Shown: positions 7,067 through 15,551, counted from the stretch's first letter. The stretch is DNA of 45,487 bases from Desulfobacteraceae bacterium (GCA_050050615.1 JASFTV010000002.1:1-45487); one strand, 5' to 3'. Translations and numbers: made by a program. The notes: generated by a model not told the origin, from the sequence alone.

Positions 7067-7981
7067 CGATCCATTCCCCGAAGAATATTTCGTCCAATGT
7101 TTGAGCAGACAAGTCGCCACTTGCTCTGGCTGTTCCTCTTGAACAAAATGGCCAGAATCAGCAATTAGATTAACGGATACCGTTGCCCCTCTCTTTTCTA
7201 GCTGTTTTTCCAAATCCCTGCAAATCCATGGGGGATTAAAGCGATCATTCTCCCCCCAGATGAGACAGATGTCATTCCGATATGCATGGTCTGAACGAAT
7301 GGGGAGTTTGATTTCCCTGGAGGAACTCACCCCTCTTAGAACTCGGGTTTTCTGACTGATGAGTGACCGTCCCATATTGCGATAAAGCTTGGTCCAATAG
7401 CGCGTTGTCTCCTGATCCCGAAACATCTGAAGATATAAATCTCTGGCCTCTGGGGCGAGACTCATTTTATTCACAAACGCCCCCAACATACCAAACTTGA
7501 AAAATCTGTCAGGGATCAGGCGGAAGACAACTGTGGGCACAAATGGAATATTGAAGAAAATCATGTGCCACATCCCAAGCACATCGGTCTTCCAGTAATT
7601 CGTATTCATTATTGCCAGAGATATCAATGTCTCAGGCCTAAACCGGGATACATGCAGCGCGATTGCACCTCCCCAATCATGACCTACCAGATGGTATCGC
7701 TGCAGCTGGAGTTTCGAGATGATCGTGTCATGATCGTAATAGAACCGATTTAGGGAGGCCTCTCCAGCCCTTGAACTCTCACCAAATCCACGCAAATCAT
7801 ACACAATTAGCCTGTAGGGCTGGATTTCATCAGAATCAAATGCGGCAATCACGGGGTGCCAGCATATGTGTGTTTCAGGGAAACCATGAACAAAGACGAT
7901 TGGCGTCCCTGACGTGCAGTTATCCCAAACAACCAGCGTTGCGCCGTCATCAGTTGTTATTGCTTCTCTGGTGAATTCCAT
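7061..7981 (-). CDS. alpha/beta hydrolase, epoxide-hydrolase-like
   Basis: 306 aa with the HGFPETHICW and GHDWGG motifs. Confidence 0.8.
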   Translation of the reverse strand: MEFTREAITTDDGATLVVWDNCTSGTPIVFVHGFPETHICWHPVIAAFDSDEIQPYRLIVYDLRGFGESSRAGEASLNRFYYDHDTIISKLQLQRYHLVGHDWGGAIALHVSRFRPETLISLAIMNTNYWKTDVLGMWHMIFFNIPFVPTVVFRLIPDRFFKFGMLGAFVNKMSLAPEARDLYLQMFRDQETTRYWTKLYRNMGRSLISQKTRVLRGVSSSREIKLPIRSDHAYRNDICLIWGENDRFNPPWICRDLEKQLEKRGATVSVNLIADSGHFVQEEQPEQVATCLLKHWTKYSSGNGSA

Positions 7982-8002
7982 GGATTGGCTTCAAAAAATG
8001 CT

Positions 8003-8052
8003 CTAAATAAAGAAAGTTAAGAGTGCCCAAATGTTTGTAAAACTGAGCACCC
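8003..8052 (-). terminator. putative rho-independent terminator downstream of the PD40-like gene
   Basis: Minus strand GGGTGCTCA-N14-TGGGCACTC (7/9 pairs) followed by TTAACTTTCTTTATTT. Confidence 0.45.
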
Positions 8053-8087
8053 TTTGACCCAAACCTTCAGAGTTTCTAAAACTTACC

Positions 8088-9752
8088 TTATTCCAATTCC
8101 ATAACCCTCCACCGCAGCTTTCTTCCGACTCTTACCCCAAATGCTAATTTTGTACCATCGTTATTAAGAGTGATTATGGGGTCATTGGTTACATAGGTAG
8201 TTTGAGATGGACCCAATTTAACAGAAAGTCCGCTAATCAGCTTTAAACGGTCCGTTAGCCTGACAGCCAGCCTTCCGCCTAAACAAACTGCGATACCACC
8301 TACAAAATCATATGGTGGGCTGATTTGATCATCCACGACCACATAGGCTTTGTCGTCTTTATATCCAACATAGGCAACTTTCTCACCATCGGGACTGAAA
8401 ACCAGGGTAGGATTTTTTCGCTTAACCGTGAGTTTAAGTCGGCCTAAGTTGATATTCGATAGAGCAATCTCGTCGAATGCCTCGCCCTTGTGGCCGTCAA
8501 CAACGACAAACCTCTTGTCCCCTTGACGGGCAATATAGGCAACATGTTCGCCATTGGAGCTAAAAACCGGGGCCCAAACCCCATCAAACAATTCACCTTT
8601 CTTATCGCCTACGACAATGAAAACCTTATCATTTTGCTCGGCACAATAAGCCACGGTTTTCCCATTTGGACTGAAAACAACGGACCATATATCATCAAAT
8701 GCTTCGCCCTCTTTATTTCCTACCACAACAAATTCCTTATCATCCTTTTCAGCGCCATAGGCTAGAGTTTTCCCGTCCGGACTAAACACCAGCGGCCAAA
8801 CATCATCGAATGCTTCGCCTTCCTTGCCGTCGATAACAACAAACTGGTTATCCCCTCGACGGGCAATATAGGCAACATGTTCGCCATCGGGGCTAAAAAC
8901 CGGGGCCCATATATAGTCATACTTTTTCCCCTGATGATTACCCACTACGACAGACATTTTTTTGTTTTTGGTGATACGATAGGCGACCTTTTTGCCATCG
9001 GGGCTAAACACTGGTGACCATGACCTTACATTGTCGAATGGCTTCCCCTTTTTATCTCCCACCACTACGAAGCATTTCTCGCCTTCTTTACCAAAATATG
9101 CTACCGTACTCCCAATGGGACTGAATACCGGAGGCCATACATAATCAAACATCTCGCCTTTCTCATTGTCTACCACAACACACCATTTTTTGCCTTGTCT
9201 TGCCGTATAAGTGAAATGACTACCATCAGGACTGAATAAAAAGGAATAAACTTCATCAAATTGTTCACCAGTGTTATCTCCGACGATGACAAATTCCTTT
9301 TCCCCCTGTTTGGCGGAATAAGCCACTGTTTTTCCAGTCGGGCTAAAGACTGGAAAAGATACCTTATCAAATTTCTTGCCCTTTTTATCACCCCATACGA
9401 CAAATTCTTTCTCCCCTTCCTTTCCGACATAAGCTACAGTTTTGCCATCTGGACTGAATACGTGAAAATCAAGTTGAACCCCTGAAATATTTTCCGGTAA
9501 TGTGGCTAATAAACTTTCTTGGAAGCTGACCTCTGTCTCCTGGTTTTCTGGATAGGCTTTTCGCCCGCAAGATATTTGCAATACTAAAATTATTCCCAAA
9601 AGCACAAAGGACAATTTCCCAATTGATCTAGCAAAATTTGGCTTTTTTCCATTTTCAGCTTTAAGGAAATTGATAGAGTTACAATTAGCCTTTTCCTCGT
9701 CTTTAACTTTTCGAGATTCTTTCTGCGAAAGATAAGATTGATCGTATTGCAT
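8088..9752 (-). CDS. PD40/beta-propeller-like repeat protein with N-terminal membrane anchor
   Basis: 554 aa. Contains ten tandem ~37-aa units of the form VFSPDGKTVAY-x6-KEFVVVGDKKGExFDxVW. Hydrophobic segment LSFVLLGIILVLQISC near the N-terminus. Confidence 0.75.
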   Translation of the reverse strand: MQYDQSYLSQKESRKVKDEEKANCNSINFLKAENGKKPNFARSIGKLSFVLLGIILVLQISCGRKAYPENQETEVSFQESLLATLPENISGVQLDFHVFSPDGKTVAYVGKEGEKEFVVWGDKKGKKFDKVSFPVFSPTGKTVAYSAKQGEKEFVIVGDNTGEQFDEVYSFLFSPDGSHFTYTARQGKKWCVVVDNEKGEMFDYVWPPVFSPIGSTVAYFGKEGEKCFVVVGDKKGKPFDNVRSWSPVFSPDGKKVAYRITKNKKMSVVVGNHQGKKYDYIWAPVFSPDGEHVAYIARRGDNQFVVIDGKEGEAFDDVWPLVFSPDGKTLAYGAEKDDKEFVVVGNKEGEAFDDIWSVVFSPNGKTVAYCAEQNDKVFIVVGDKKGELFDGVWAPVFSSNGEHVAYIARQGDKRFVVVDGHKGEAFDEIALSNINLGRLKLTVKRKNPTLVFSPDGEKVAYVGYKDDKAYVVVDDQISPPYDFVGGIAVCLGGRLAVRLTDRLKLISGLSVKLGPSQTTYVTNDPIITLNNDGTKLAFGVRVGRKLRWRVMELE

Positions 9753-9833
9753 GACTCTATCCTCCTATGCATGTTGGTTTGGCCGGCGTTTGGGCCGCGT
9801 CGGACGAAGCTAATCTATTGATATTCAAATCTA

Positions 9834-9869
9834 TTCGAATAAAACCTTATGAGTAAAGGCTTTTTCGAA
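9834..9869 (-). terminator. imperfect palindrome / weak terminator after the SnoaL-like gene
   Basis: TTCGAATAAAACCTTATGAGTAAAGGCTTTTTCGAA. On the minus strand the stem is followed by TTTTATT. It lacks AAC...GTT ends, so it is not called attC. Confidence 0.3.
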
Positions 9870-10406
9870 CTATCGAGAAGACCTTCTAACAAACCATGCA
9901 ACAAATCGCTGTACTGAAACTCCGATTCGACCTTTTAAAGTACCCGAGACGGGCTTAGGGGGGAGAAAACCGAGCTGCTGAGCCAAATGCATTCCATCAA
10001 AACGAGTAATACAACGGCATAGTTTTCCCTCACGAAATTCCATAAGGTCAAACCCGTTGATTTCAAACCTTCTCCCTGTAGGGGCAAATCCTGGCGGATC
10101 GAGAGGGCCAAGCATCGTACCTGAAATTTTCCAGGGCTGGATAATCTTTGTCGGGTCTGTGGATATGAATGGTTCACCTGTGGGAATATATTGAAAGTCA
10201 GGAATCGCTCGCCATAGGGAAAGGGCAAATTTTTTCACGGCATCATGACCACATGCAGGTTCTTCCATTGCAGGATCATCCCAGAATATATCTTCTGTGA
10301 GGTATGATAGAAGTTTTTCGAGGTTTCTTGCATTCCAGGCTTCCGAAATCATGCGGACATGATTGCTATATTTTTCAATTGCCTTAGGATAAGACATATC
10401 AGTCAT
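9870..10406 (-). CDS. SnoaL-like / ester cyclase family protein
   Basis: 178 aa. NTF2-like pattern: ISEAWNARNLEKLLSYLTEDIFWDDP ... GRRFEINGFDLMEFREGKL. Confidence 0.65.
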   Translation of the reverse strand: MTDMSYPKAIEKYSNHVRMISEAWNARNLEKLLSYLTEDIFWDDPAMEEPACGHDAVKKFALSLWRAIPDFQYIPTGEPFISTDPTKIIQPWKISGTMLGPLDPPGFAPTGRRFEINGFDLMEFREGKLCRCITRFDGMHLAQQLGFLPPKPVSGTLKGRIGVSVQRFVAWFVRRSSR

Positions 10407-10445
10407 GGGATGCCTTTAAGATATATTGCCTTGAAGATTTACCTC

Positions 10446-10507
10446 ACATAACGGTCGGCATAAGGTGCGGCGGTTTTCTGCCGTCGCCCTTAATGCCGTT
10501 GTTATGC
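10446..10507 (-). other. attC (62 bp, canonical)
   Basis: Minus strand GCATAACAACGGCATTAAGGGCGACGGCAGAAAACCGCCGCACCTTATGCCGACCGTTATGT. R'' GCATAAC and R' GTTATGT with paired inner arms. The TAA stop of the upstream ORF lies within R''. Confidence 0.8.
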
Positions 10508-11233
10508 GGCATCATAGAAGGAGAATCTTATAACGTTGAACTCACAACCATCAATGCAAGTACCACAGAGAATGCATTCAGTATTTTCCATTTTGTTGGT
10601 CTTTACCATCCTTTCAACAGGAAGGCTCATTGGGCAGTTTTGGGTACATGTATGACAATGGTTGCATTTCTCGGAATCCGCTTTTAGGTGTAGTGAAGCC
10701 CACTTTAAACTATTCCTTATTTTTCTCCCTAATATCATAAATGGAGCCATCCAACATAAATGATGGCAGAATGACCTATTCCCAAAAACAAAAGAGGGTA
10801 TTACTATTAGGAAGATAAGAACGCAAAGATAAGCTATGAGAGCGCTTACATCTCCTATTGAAAAGCCGTATCTAGTCTGGTAAAGAAAATCTATTTTCTC
10901 ATAACCACCACGTCTGATTGCTAATAGCACGATAGCACTGATCCACGGGACCCAAATTATCCATTTAATATAATCGCCCTTTGTTACTTTTGTATTTCTT
11001 GCCAAAAAGATTGCCTCCTGACACCCTGCACCAGGACAAACCCATCCACAGTATGCCCTGCCAAGAACAAAAGCACTAATAAACATAAGCAAGAACATAA
11101 TAAAGCTACCATTTATAATACCATTTATGGTGGATTGAATGATGACAACAGGCGACAGATAATAGAAAATTGCAGGAAATAGAAAAAATGAGGATAGAAT
11201 CATTCCCTTTCTCAATTTTTGTCTGGTTTTCAT
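10502..11233 (-). CDS. 4Fe-4S-binding polytopic membrane protein (NapH/YccM-like)
   Basis: CGWVCP motif, two CxxCxxCxxxCP clusters (CNHCHTCTQNCP, CILCGTCIDGC) and several TM helices. I start it at MKTRQ (11233) because the upstream 26 codons overlap the attC. Confidence 0.7.
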   Translation of the reverse strand: MKTRQKLRKGMILSSFFLFPAIFYYLSPVVIIQSTINGIINGSFIMFLLMFISAFVLGRAYCGWVCPGAGCQEAIFLARNTKVTKGDYIKWIIWVPWISAIVLLAIRRGGYEKIDFLYQTRYGFSIGDVSALIAYLCVLIFLIVIPSFVFGNRSFCHHLCWMAPFMILGRKIRNSLKWASLHLKADSEKCNHCHTCTQNCPMSLPVERMVKTNKMENTECILCGTCIDGCEFNVIRFSFYDAA

Positions 11234-11263
11234 TTTCTTCCCCAGTAAAATGATAAGATCTAA

Positions 11264-11338
11264 GCATAACGTATGAGCTAAGTGGCGTTTGCAGAAGCGC
11301 AGCGGATGCAAACGCCCAACTTGAGCGAATTGTTAGAA
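11264..11338 (-). other. attC (75 bp, canonical)
   Basis: Plus strand GCATAAC-gtatgagctaagt-GGCGTTTGCA-N13-TGCAAACGCC-caacttgagcgaatt-GTTAGAA. It has a 10 bp perfect central stem and paired imperfect arms. Confidence 0.75.
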
Positions 11339-11570
11339 ACCCCAAACCATCCAATTTACACAATCGATCAAAACATCATTCAGATTGGCAATGATTCCGA
11401 TTCAATATCTTTCTTAAGCAGCACAGATTGTATACAACCGATAAACTTGGAATTCTCTAAAATAGGCGTTTTCAGGCCCTATATCGCCCTTTCTAACCCC
11501 AGAATGGCCTTCATAAGGAAAAACTGCTCTTATCGATTAATTTGAATAATGCTCTTTTTGCCCCAAAAAA

Positions 11571-11636
11571 GCTCAATATACAGCCTAAATAAGGGCGCTT
11601 TTCTGCTTTTTCTTCAATAGTTTTATATAGTTAGCG
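11571..11636 (-). other. candidate attC (66 bp) after the MBL-fold gene
   Basis: Minus strand CGCTAACTATATA...TATATTGAGC. The ends pair, R' is degenerate (ATTGAGC), and the inner arms are weak. Confidence 0.3.
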
Positions 11637-11662
11637 TGGCCTGACCCCATCTCCTCCATCTC

Positions 11663-12397
11663 CTAAGGTGGTCCCCCTTTTAGGTCCTCCAGGCAGTAGG
11701 TTTCGCCGATATCCAATGGTATCAGCTTGATATCCGATCTTGTTTCTATTTCGTCTGCGAGCTTTAGAGGATCGACCTCGAATCTGTGCATAGGAATCAA
11801 AACCTTAGGGTTAATCGCGATGGCTGCCTCCGCTGCCTCCCCAATATCCATCGTAAATGTCCCGCCGATAGGAAGCAATGCTACATCTACGCCCCCGAGT
11901 TCTCGCATCTCTGGTATGAAATCGGTGTCCCCCGCGTGATAGATCGTCTTGCCGTCTATCACAATCAAATAGCCAATTCCTTCTCCTTTGCGATGCTGCT
12001 TTCTGGTAGAACTCCCTTGTTCGGTGTTGTAGGCTTGCACCGCCTCTATGACCATGTTATCAAGACTTAACCTCTCTCCTGGCTTAATCGTTTTGATGTC
12101 CTTGCTCAATTCTTTAGTGCAGCGCTTGGGAGCTATAACCAACGTGTCTGGGCGCCTGAGCCTCTCTACTGTAACGCGTTTACAATGGTCTTTATGGTGG
12201 TGTGTCACCAGAATCAAATCAGCCTTCTCCAGCTCACCAGGCAGTCCATCAATTGGGTCAGGCCACGAGGAAAACTCGATTCTCTTTGGGTAATCTTTGA
12301 AGTAGGTCTTTAAGTAGGCCGGATCAATAAATATGAGCTTGTTCTGAGCGCTTATTTGAATCCAAGAAGGTGGGAACCATTTGATGGATATTGGCAT
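11663..12397 (-). CDS. MBL-fold metallo-hydrolase
   Basis: HHHKDH (HxHxDH) motif. Start set at MPISIK (12397), which is preceded by AGGAGGAAGAG. Confidence 0.8.
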   Translation of the reverse strand: MPISIKWFPPSWIQISAQNKLIFIDPAYLKTYFKDYPKRIEFSSWPDPIDGLPGELEKADLILVTHHHKDHCKRVTVERLRRPDTLVIAPKRCTKELSKDIKTIKPGERLSLDNMVIEAVQAYNTEQGSSTRKQHRKGEGIGYLIVIDGKTIYHAGDTDFIPEMRELGGVDVALLPIGGTFTMDIGEAAEAAIAINPKVLIPMHRFEVDPLKLADEIETRSDIKLIPLDIGETYCLEDLKGGPP

Positions 12398-12436
12398 TCT
12401 CTTCCTCCTCATATTCGATCCCTTGGACAAGCGGCC

Positions 12437-12555
12437 GCCCAACGTCAGAGATCAGCGGCGGCTACGGGACGTCCGCTGGGGTGATTTGGTTGGGCGGCGA
12501 ATTCCTTTTTTCTCATCTTTTTTCGCCAACCCCAAGTTTAACTTCGTCGTTATTG
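12437..12555 (-). other. attC (119 bp)
   Basis: Minus strand CAATAACGACG...CTGACGTTGGGC. R' GTTGGGC fits GTTRRRY. The TAA stop of the CocE/NonD gene lies inside R''. Internal stem CAGCGG/CCGCTG. Confidence 0.5.
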
Positions 12556-14499
12556 GGCAACTGGGAGTTGGATGAATGATGGGTGATTCATGCTTCTCAG
12601 CAATTGGAGCCTTGGCGCCGGATCGATGACTGGCGTATCGAAGTTGTCGGCATCCGCGCAAACAAGCGAAATGCGTATCCTGCTTCCCTTATCAAACCGG
12701 TACGAGGTTGGCAGCAGGCTGAAGGCCAACTCAACCGGTTCCCCGGCCGGGATTGGCGCCAAGTCACTCTGATAATGAGAGTGATAGGGTAGCCCCAGAT
12801 TATCGAAAGGCGCCTGGCATAGCTTGCGATGAGAAGACCGGAGCGTCCCTTCGGTGACGTAGGTGGACTTGCCATCGCGATCCACTTCTTCCAGATACAC
12901 GAATACATCCAGGTCCGGAGCATCGGTCGTGAGCCAAATGTGCGCCACTGGATGCCCCGTGACCTCCACGTCAGTCTCCAGGGGAGAAGTGGTATAGGTC
13001 AATGCCTTTTCGTCATTGGCGTGCATATCGGGATAATCATGTACCTCGTCGACAGCAACCCAACGCGACTTCTTGCCGCTCGTTGTTGTATAATCCACAG
13101 TGTAAACATCAAAGGCATCGGGCGCCGGTGGAGATTCTGTGCTCAGGAAGCCGTCATTGACCGAGGCGACGCTCCTTGTCTTTCCTTTGCTGAAATAGAA
13201 TGGCTTCATTTTCTGCTTTGCCAGCGGCCATTGGTTGGAATTCTGCCAGGCTTCTTTTTCAGGTGCCCCTATAACGTAATAGTGAATCGGCGGTTCATCC
13301 ATAATGCCATTGTCAATGCCCTTTAGCCAGTAGTCGAACCAGCGCTGTGCTTCAGCCTTGTAGTCCAGGTCGAATTGACTTGCGTCCATGCCGCTGTGAT
13401 CCAGCGGGCGAACAGTCAACCGCTTGGGCACGGTGAGATTGTGGTACCACAAAAACACGTCACCCAAGAAGATGTCATACCAGCCGGTCGTCATATAGAC
13501 GGGTATGCCTGACCGGTTGACGCGTTCTATGAACGGGTAAAGCGATATTAACTTCCAAAGACGCATTCCGTTCGGCAAGATACTGTCGCGGAACGGGTAT
13601 TTCGCGGCCTGTGTGGCCATTGTTTCCCCGTCAGCCGAACCGCTGCGTCCCTGACGGGCCTGGGCCAGCAATGCGCCATCCTTATCGCTGTCGACGGGTG
13701 TAGCAAGTTTCTCGAGATATGGGACCACCCTAGCGAAAAAAGAGTTGAAGGCTTTGTTGTATACGCCACCCCGATACTCCAAGGCTTCGTACAAATCCAA
13801 CTGGCTTGATGCGGGAAAGATCGCTTTCAGGTGCGGGTTGCCCGTGCTGGCAGCGGTAAATTGACACCAAGCTTGCTGGGATTCCCCGTACATGCCGATG
13901 TTTCCGTTGCACCAGGCCTGGGATGCGATCCAATCCAGGATTTCGTTCTCCTCCCTGGCTATTGCCTCCATGCTTTGCTTAGCAATGCCGAAGGAAGCGC
14001 CTGTTCCGGGCCGCTCTACGACGATGACGGCATAGCCATGCCTGACCATGTTTCGCAACCACTTGGTTCTCATGAGGGGATCCATCAAGTGCCCCTTGTC
14101 GGAAAGCCAATAGCGGATGCGGAGCGCGGCCTTTTCATACCACTTCAAGTCTATAAAAAAGGTAATAAGGTTTTTTCCGTCTTTGTCGAAGATGGTAAAG
14201 GTGCGCAGGTAGGGTGTGTATTTGAAGAGAACGGGTAAAGGCTCGCTGGCCGGAACACCTTTTTTGGTCGGGAGAATGAGGTCGTATGCCAACCTCGTTC
14301 CATCTGACAGCGTCAGATAATCGGAAATGCGCTTGTTGCCATCATAAATTGCTTCGGAATAACCTTGATATTTCCCAAATTCTGACATTTTCCCTTTCCC
14401 GACTATTTTCTTAAAAGTGAAGAAGAGCGCGATCACCAAGATGACTGCAATAATGGGATACTTCATTTTCGCCCTGATCAGTTTGCCCATTTCTTTCAT
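12550..14499 (-). CDS. CocE/NonD family hydrolase (S15 X-Pro dipeptidyl-peptidase-like) with N-terminal TM anchor
   Basis: 649 aa. Nucleophile region IGMYGESQQAW, and a PepX_C-like tail DLDVFVYLEEVDRDGKSTYVTEGTLRSSHR. Confidence 0.75.
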   Translation of the reverse strand: MKEMGKLIRAKMKYPIIAVILVIALFFTFKKIVGKGKMSEFGKYQGYSEAIYDGNKRISDYLTLSDGTRLAYDLILPTKKGVPASEPLPVLFKYTPYLRTFTIFDKDGKNLITFFIDLKWYEKAALRIRYWLSDKGHLMDPLMRTKWLRNMVRHGYAVIVVERPGTGASFGIAKQSMEAIAREENEILDWIASQAWCNGNIGMYGESQQAWCQFTAASTGNPHLKAIFPASSQLDLYEALEYRGGVYNKAFNSFFARVVPYLEKLATPVDSDKDGALLAQARQGRSGSADGETMATQAAKYPFRDSILPNGMRLWKLISLYPFIERVNRSGIPVYMTTGWYDIFLGDVFLWYHNLTVPKRLTVRPLDHSGMDASQFDLDYKAEAQRWFDYWLKGIDNGIMDEPPIHYYVIGAPEKEAWQNSNQWPLAKQKMKPFYFSKGKTRSVASVNDGFLSTESPPAPDAFDVYTVDYTTTSGKKSRWVAVDEVHDYPDMHANDEKALTYTTSPLETDVEVTGHPVAHIWLTTDAPDLDVFVYLEEVDRDGKSTYVTEGTLRSSHRKLCQAPFDNLGLPYHSHYQSDLAPIPAGEPVELAFSLLPTSYRFDKGSRIRISLVCADADNFDTPVIDPAPRLQLLRSMNHPSFIQLPVAQ

Positions 14500-14544
14500 C
14501 CTTTTTAGCTCTTAGTAATGCCGCCTGTTCGTGCCGCGCAGCAG

Positions 14545-14616
14545 CGCGAACGCTGCCCTTAACCATCAGGGGGGAGCGGCAGCGAAACCCAGTCTGCGTT
14601 CAGGGGTTTGTTCGAT
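14545..14616 (-). other. candidate attC (72 bp, branched) of the vapBC cassette
   Basis: Minus strand ATCGAAC...GTTCGCG (5/7 complementary ends) enclosing two hairpins: AAACCC/GGGTTT and CGCTGCC/GGCAGCG. Confidence 0.4.
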
Positions 14617-14634
14617 GTAGCGCTCCTATAGTAG

Positions 14635-15042
14635 CTACGGGCTGATCAATCTGACTGACGGAAAATAGGTACGATATCTGGATACGTCTCGTGTGATTAA
14701 CTCCATATCAAGTATGGCCGCTTGTGCTCCAATATAGAAATCAGGTGAGGGGGACCCCTTTATTCCTCTACCCCTCCTGTGCTTTAGAAAAGCTTTTCCA
14801 GCCAAAAACAGAGCCTCTTTGGGAATTTCCAGCATCTGGAGACCGCTTTTGTTCAGAGCTGACTCCAAATCCTCTATCTTTTCAAAACCAATTGAGACTT
14901 CAGTATACACAATTGAGTTAATGTAGAGATCGGTATCAACGCTATATTCTGCCAATGCTGATTCCGACCAATCTGCCCAATTGGGATCATCAAGGAAAAT
15001 GTCGAGAATGACATTAGAGTCGACGAGAAGGCCCTTCATCAC
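14635..15042 (-). CDS. vapC: type II toxin VapC (PIN domain)
   Basis: 135 aa. LLVDSNVILD N-terminus typical of PIN toxins. 4-nt ATGA overlap with the upstream antitoxin. Confidence 0.8.
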   Translation of the reverse strand: MMKGLLVDSNVILDIFLDDPNWADWSESALAEYSVDTDLYINSIVYTEVSIGFEKIEDLESALNKSGLQMLEIPKEALFLAGKAFLKHRRGRGIKGSPSPDFYIGAQAAILDMELITRDVSRYRTYFPSVRLISP

Positions 15043-15266
15043 TCTGCCCTCGTTAAAGCCATAATCTCATCTGTTGTCATTTTGACGGTTGCAATGCCAC
15101 GTAATTTTTTGAATTTACGCGTTGCGATTTTACCCCCCTTTTTTTTCACTAAATATACACGGCCCCCCTTCTCAACAAAATCAATTTCTGTGGACGGCGT
15201 TATACCCAATTTTTCGCGAATGTGCTGAGGGATTGTGACTTGGCCTTTTATAGTGACTCTCATCAT
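15039..15266 (-). CDS. vapB: AbrB/SpoVT-type antitoxin VapB
   Basis: 75 aa. VTIKGQVTIPQHIREKLGI is the SpoVT/AbrB swapped-hairpin motif. GGAGG RBS. Confidence 0.8.
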   Translation of the reverse strand: MMRVTIKGQVTIPQHIREKLGITPSTEIDFVEKGGRVYLVKKKGGKIATRKFKKLRGIATVKMTTDEIMALTRAE

Positions 15267-15283
15267 TCAACCTCCAGTACTTG

Positions 15284-15299
15284 GTATTACTGGTAATAC
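15284..15299. promoter_or_regulatory. palindromic candidate VapB operator
   Basis: GTATTAC-TG-GTAATAC, a perfect 7+7 palindrome 18 nt upstream of the vapB ATG, flanked by further TATTACT repeats. Confidence 0.45.
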
Positions 15300-15551
15300 T
15301 ATTACTTATGCGGGGTAATGTCAATGCCAATTTGAGCCATCAACAATTACTATACAGAAAAATCTCTGTGAAAGACCATATATATTGCTTTTTACAGAAT
15401 TTTGCTCTATTGTTGTTGTATCACTTCGGCTGAATGATTTTGATCAACAGCGGAAAGAGTAAATGCGATCTATGTCGAACGGAATTTTCTGACCTTTAAC
15501 TTAATTTTATCTAAAATAATAAAATATAACTTATTAAAAATCAATCGAAAA
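15300..15551. promoter_or_regulatory. attI / divergent promoter region of the integron (exact crossover point not resolved)
   Basis: AT-rich 250 bp between the first cassette and intI. The minus strand has GTTATAT (15534-15540) and GTTAAAG (15494-15500), which resemble the GTTRRRY core and integrase-binding repeats. Confidence 0.4.

Noticed and set aside
8490-9485. Several 74-91 aa plus- and minus-strand ORFs inside the PD40-like repeat gene (8490-8765, 9170-9430, 9261-9485)
   Set aside because: They are repetitive, low-complexity translations generated by the tandem DNA repeats of the real 554-aa gene.
12583-14238. Multiple ORFs (60-165 aa) on both strands within the CocE/NonD gene
   Set aside because: All are nested in or antisense to a 649-aa ORF with clear family motifs. 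None has a recognisable domain or RBS.
15354-15369. ACAG-N8-CTGT motif upstream of intI, considered as a LexA/SOS box
   Set aside because: The half-sites are in the opposite order to the CTGT-N8-ACAG consensus. Reverse-complementing does not fix this, and Desulfobacterota LexA motifs differ anyway.
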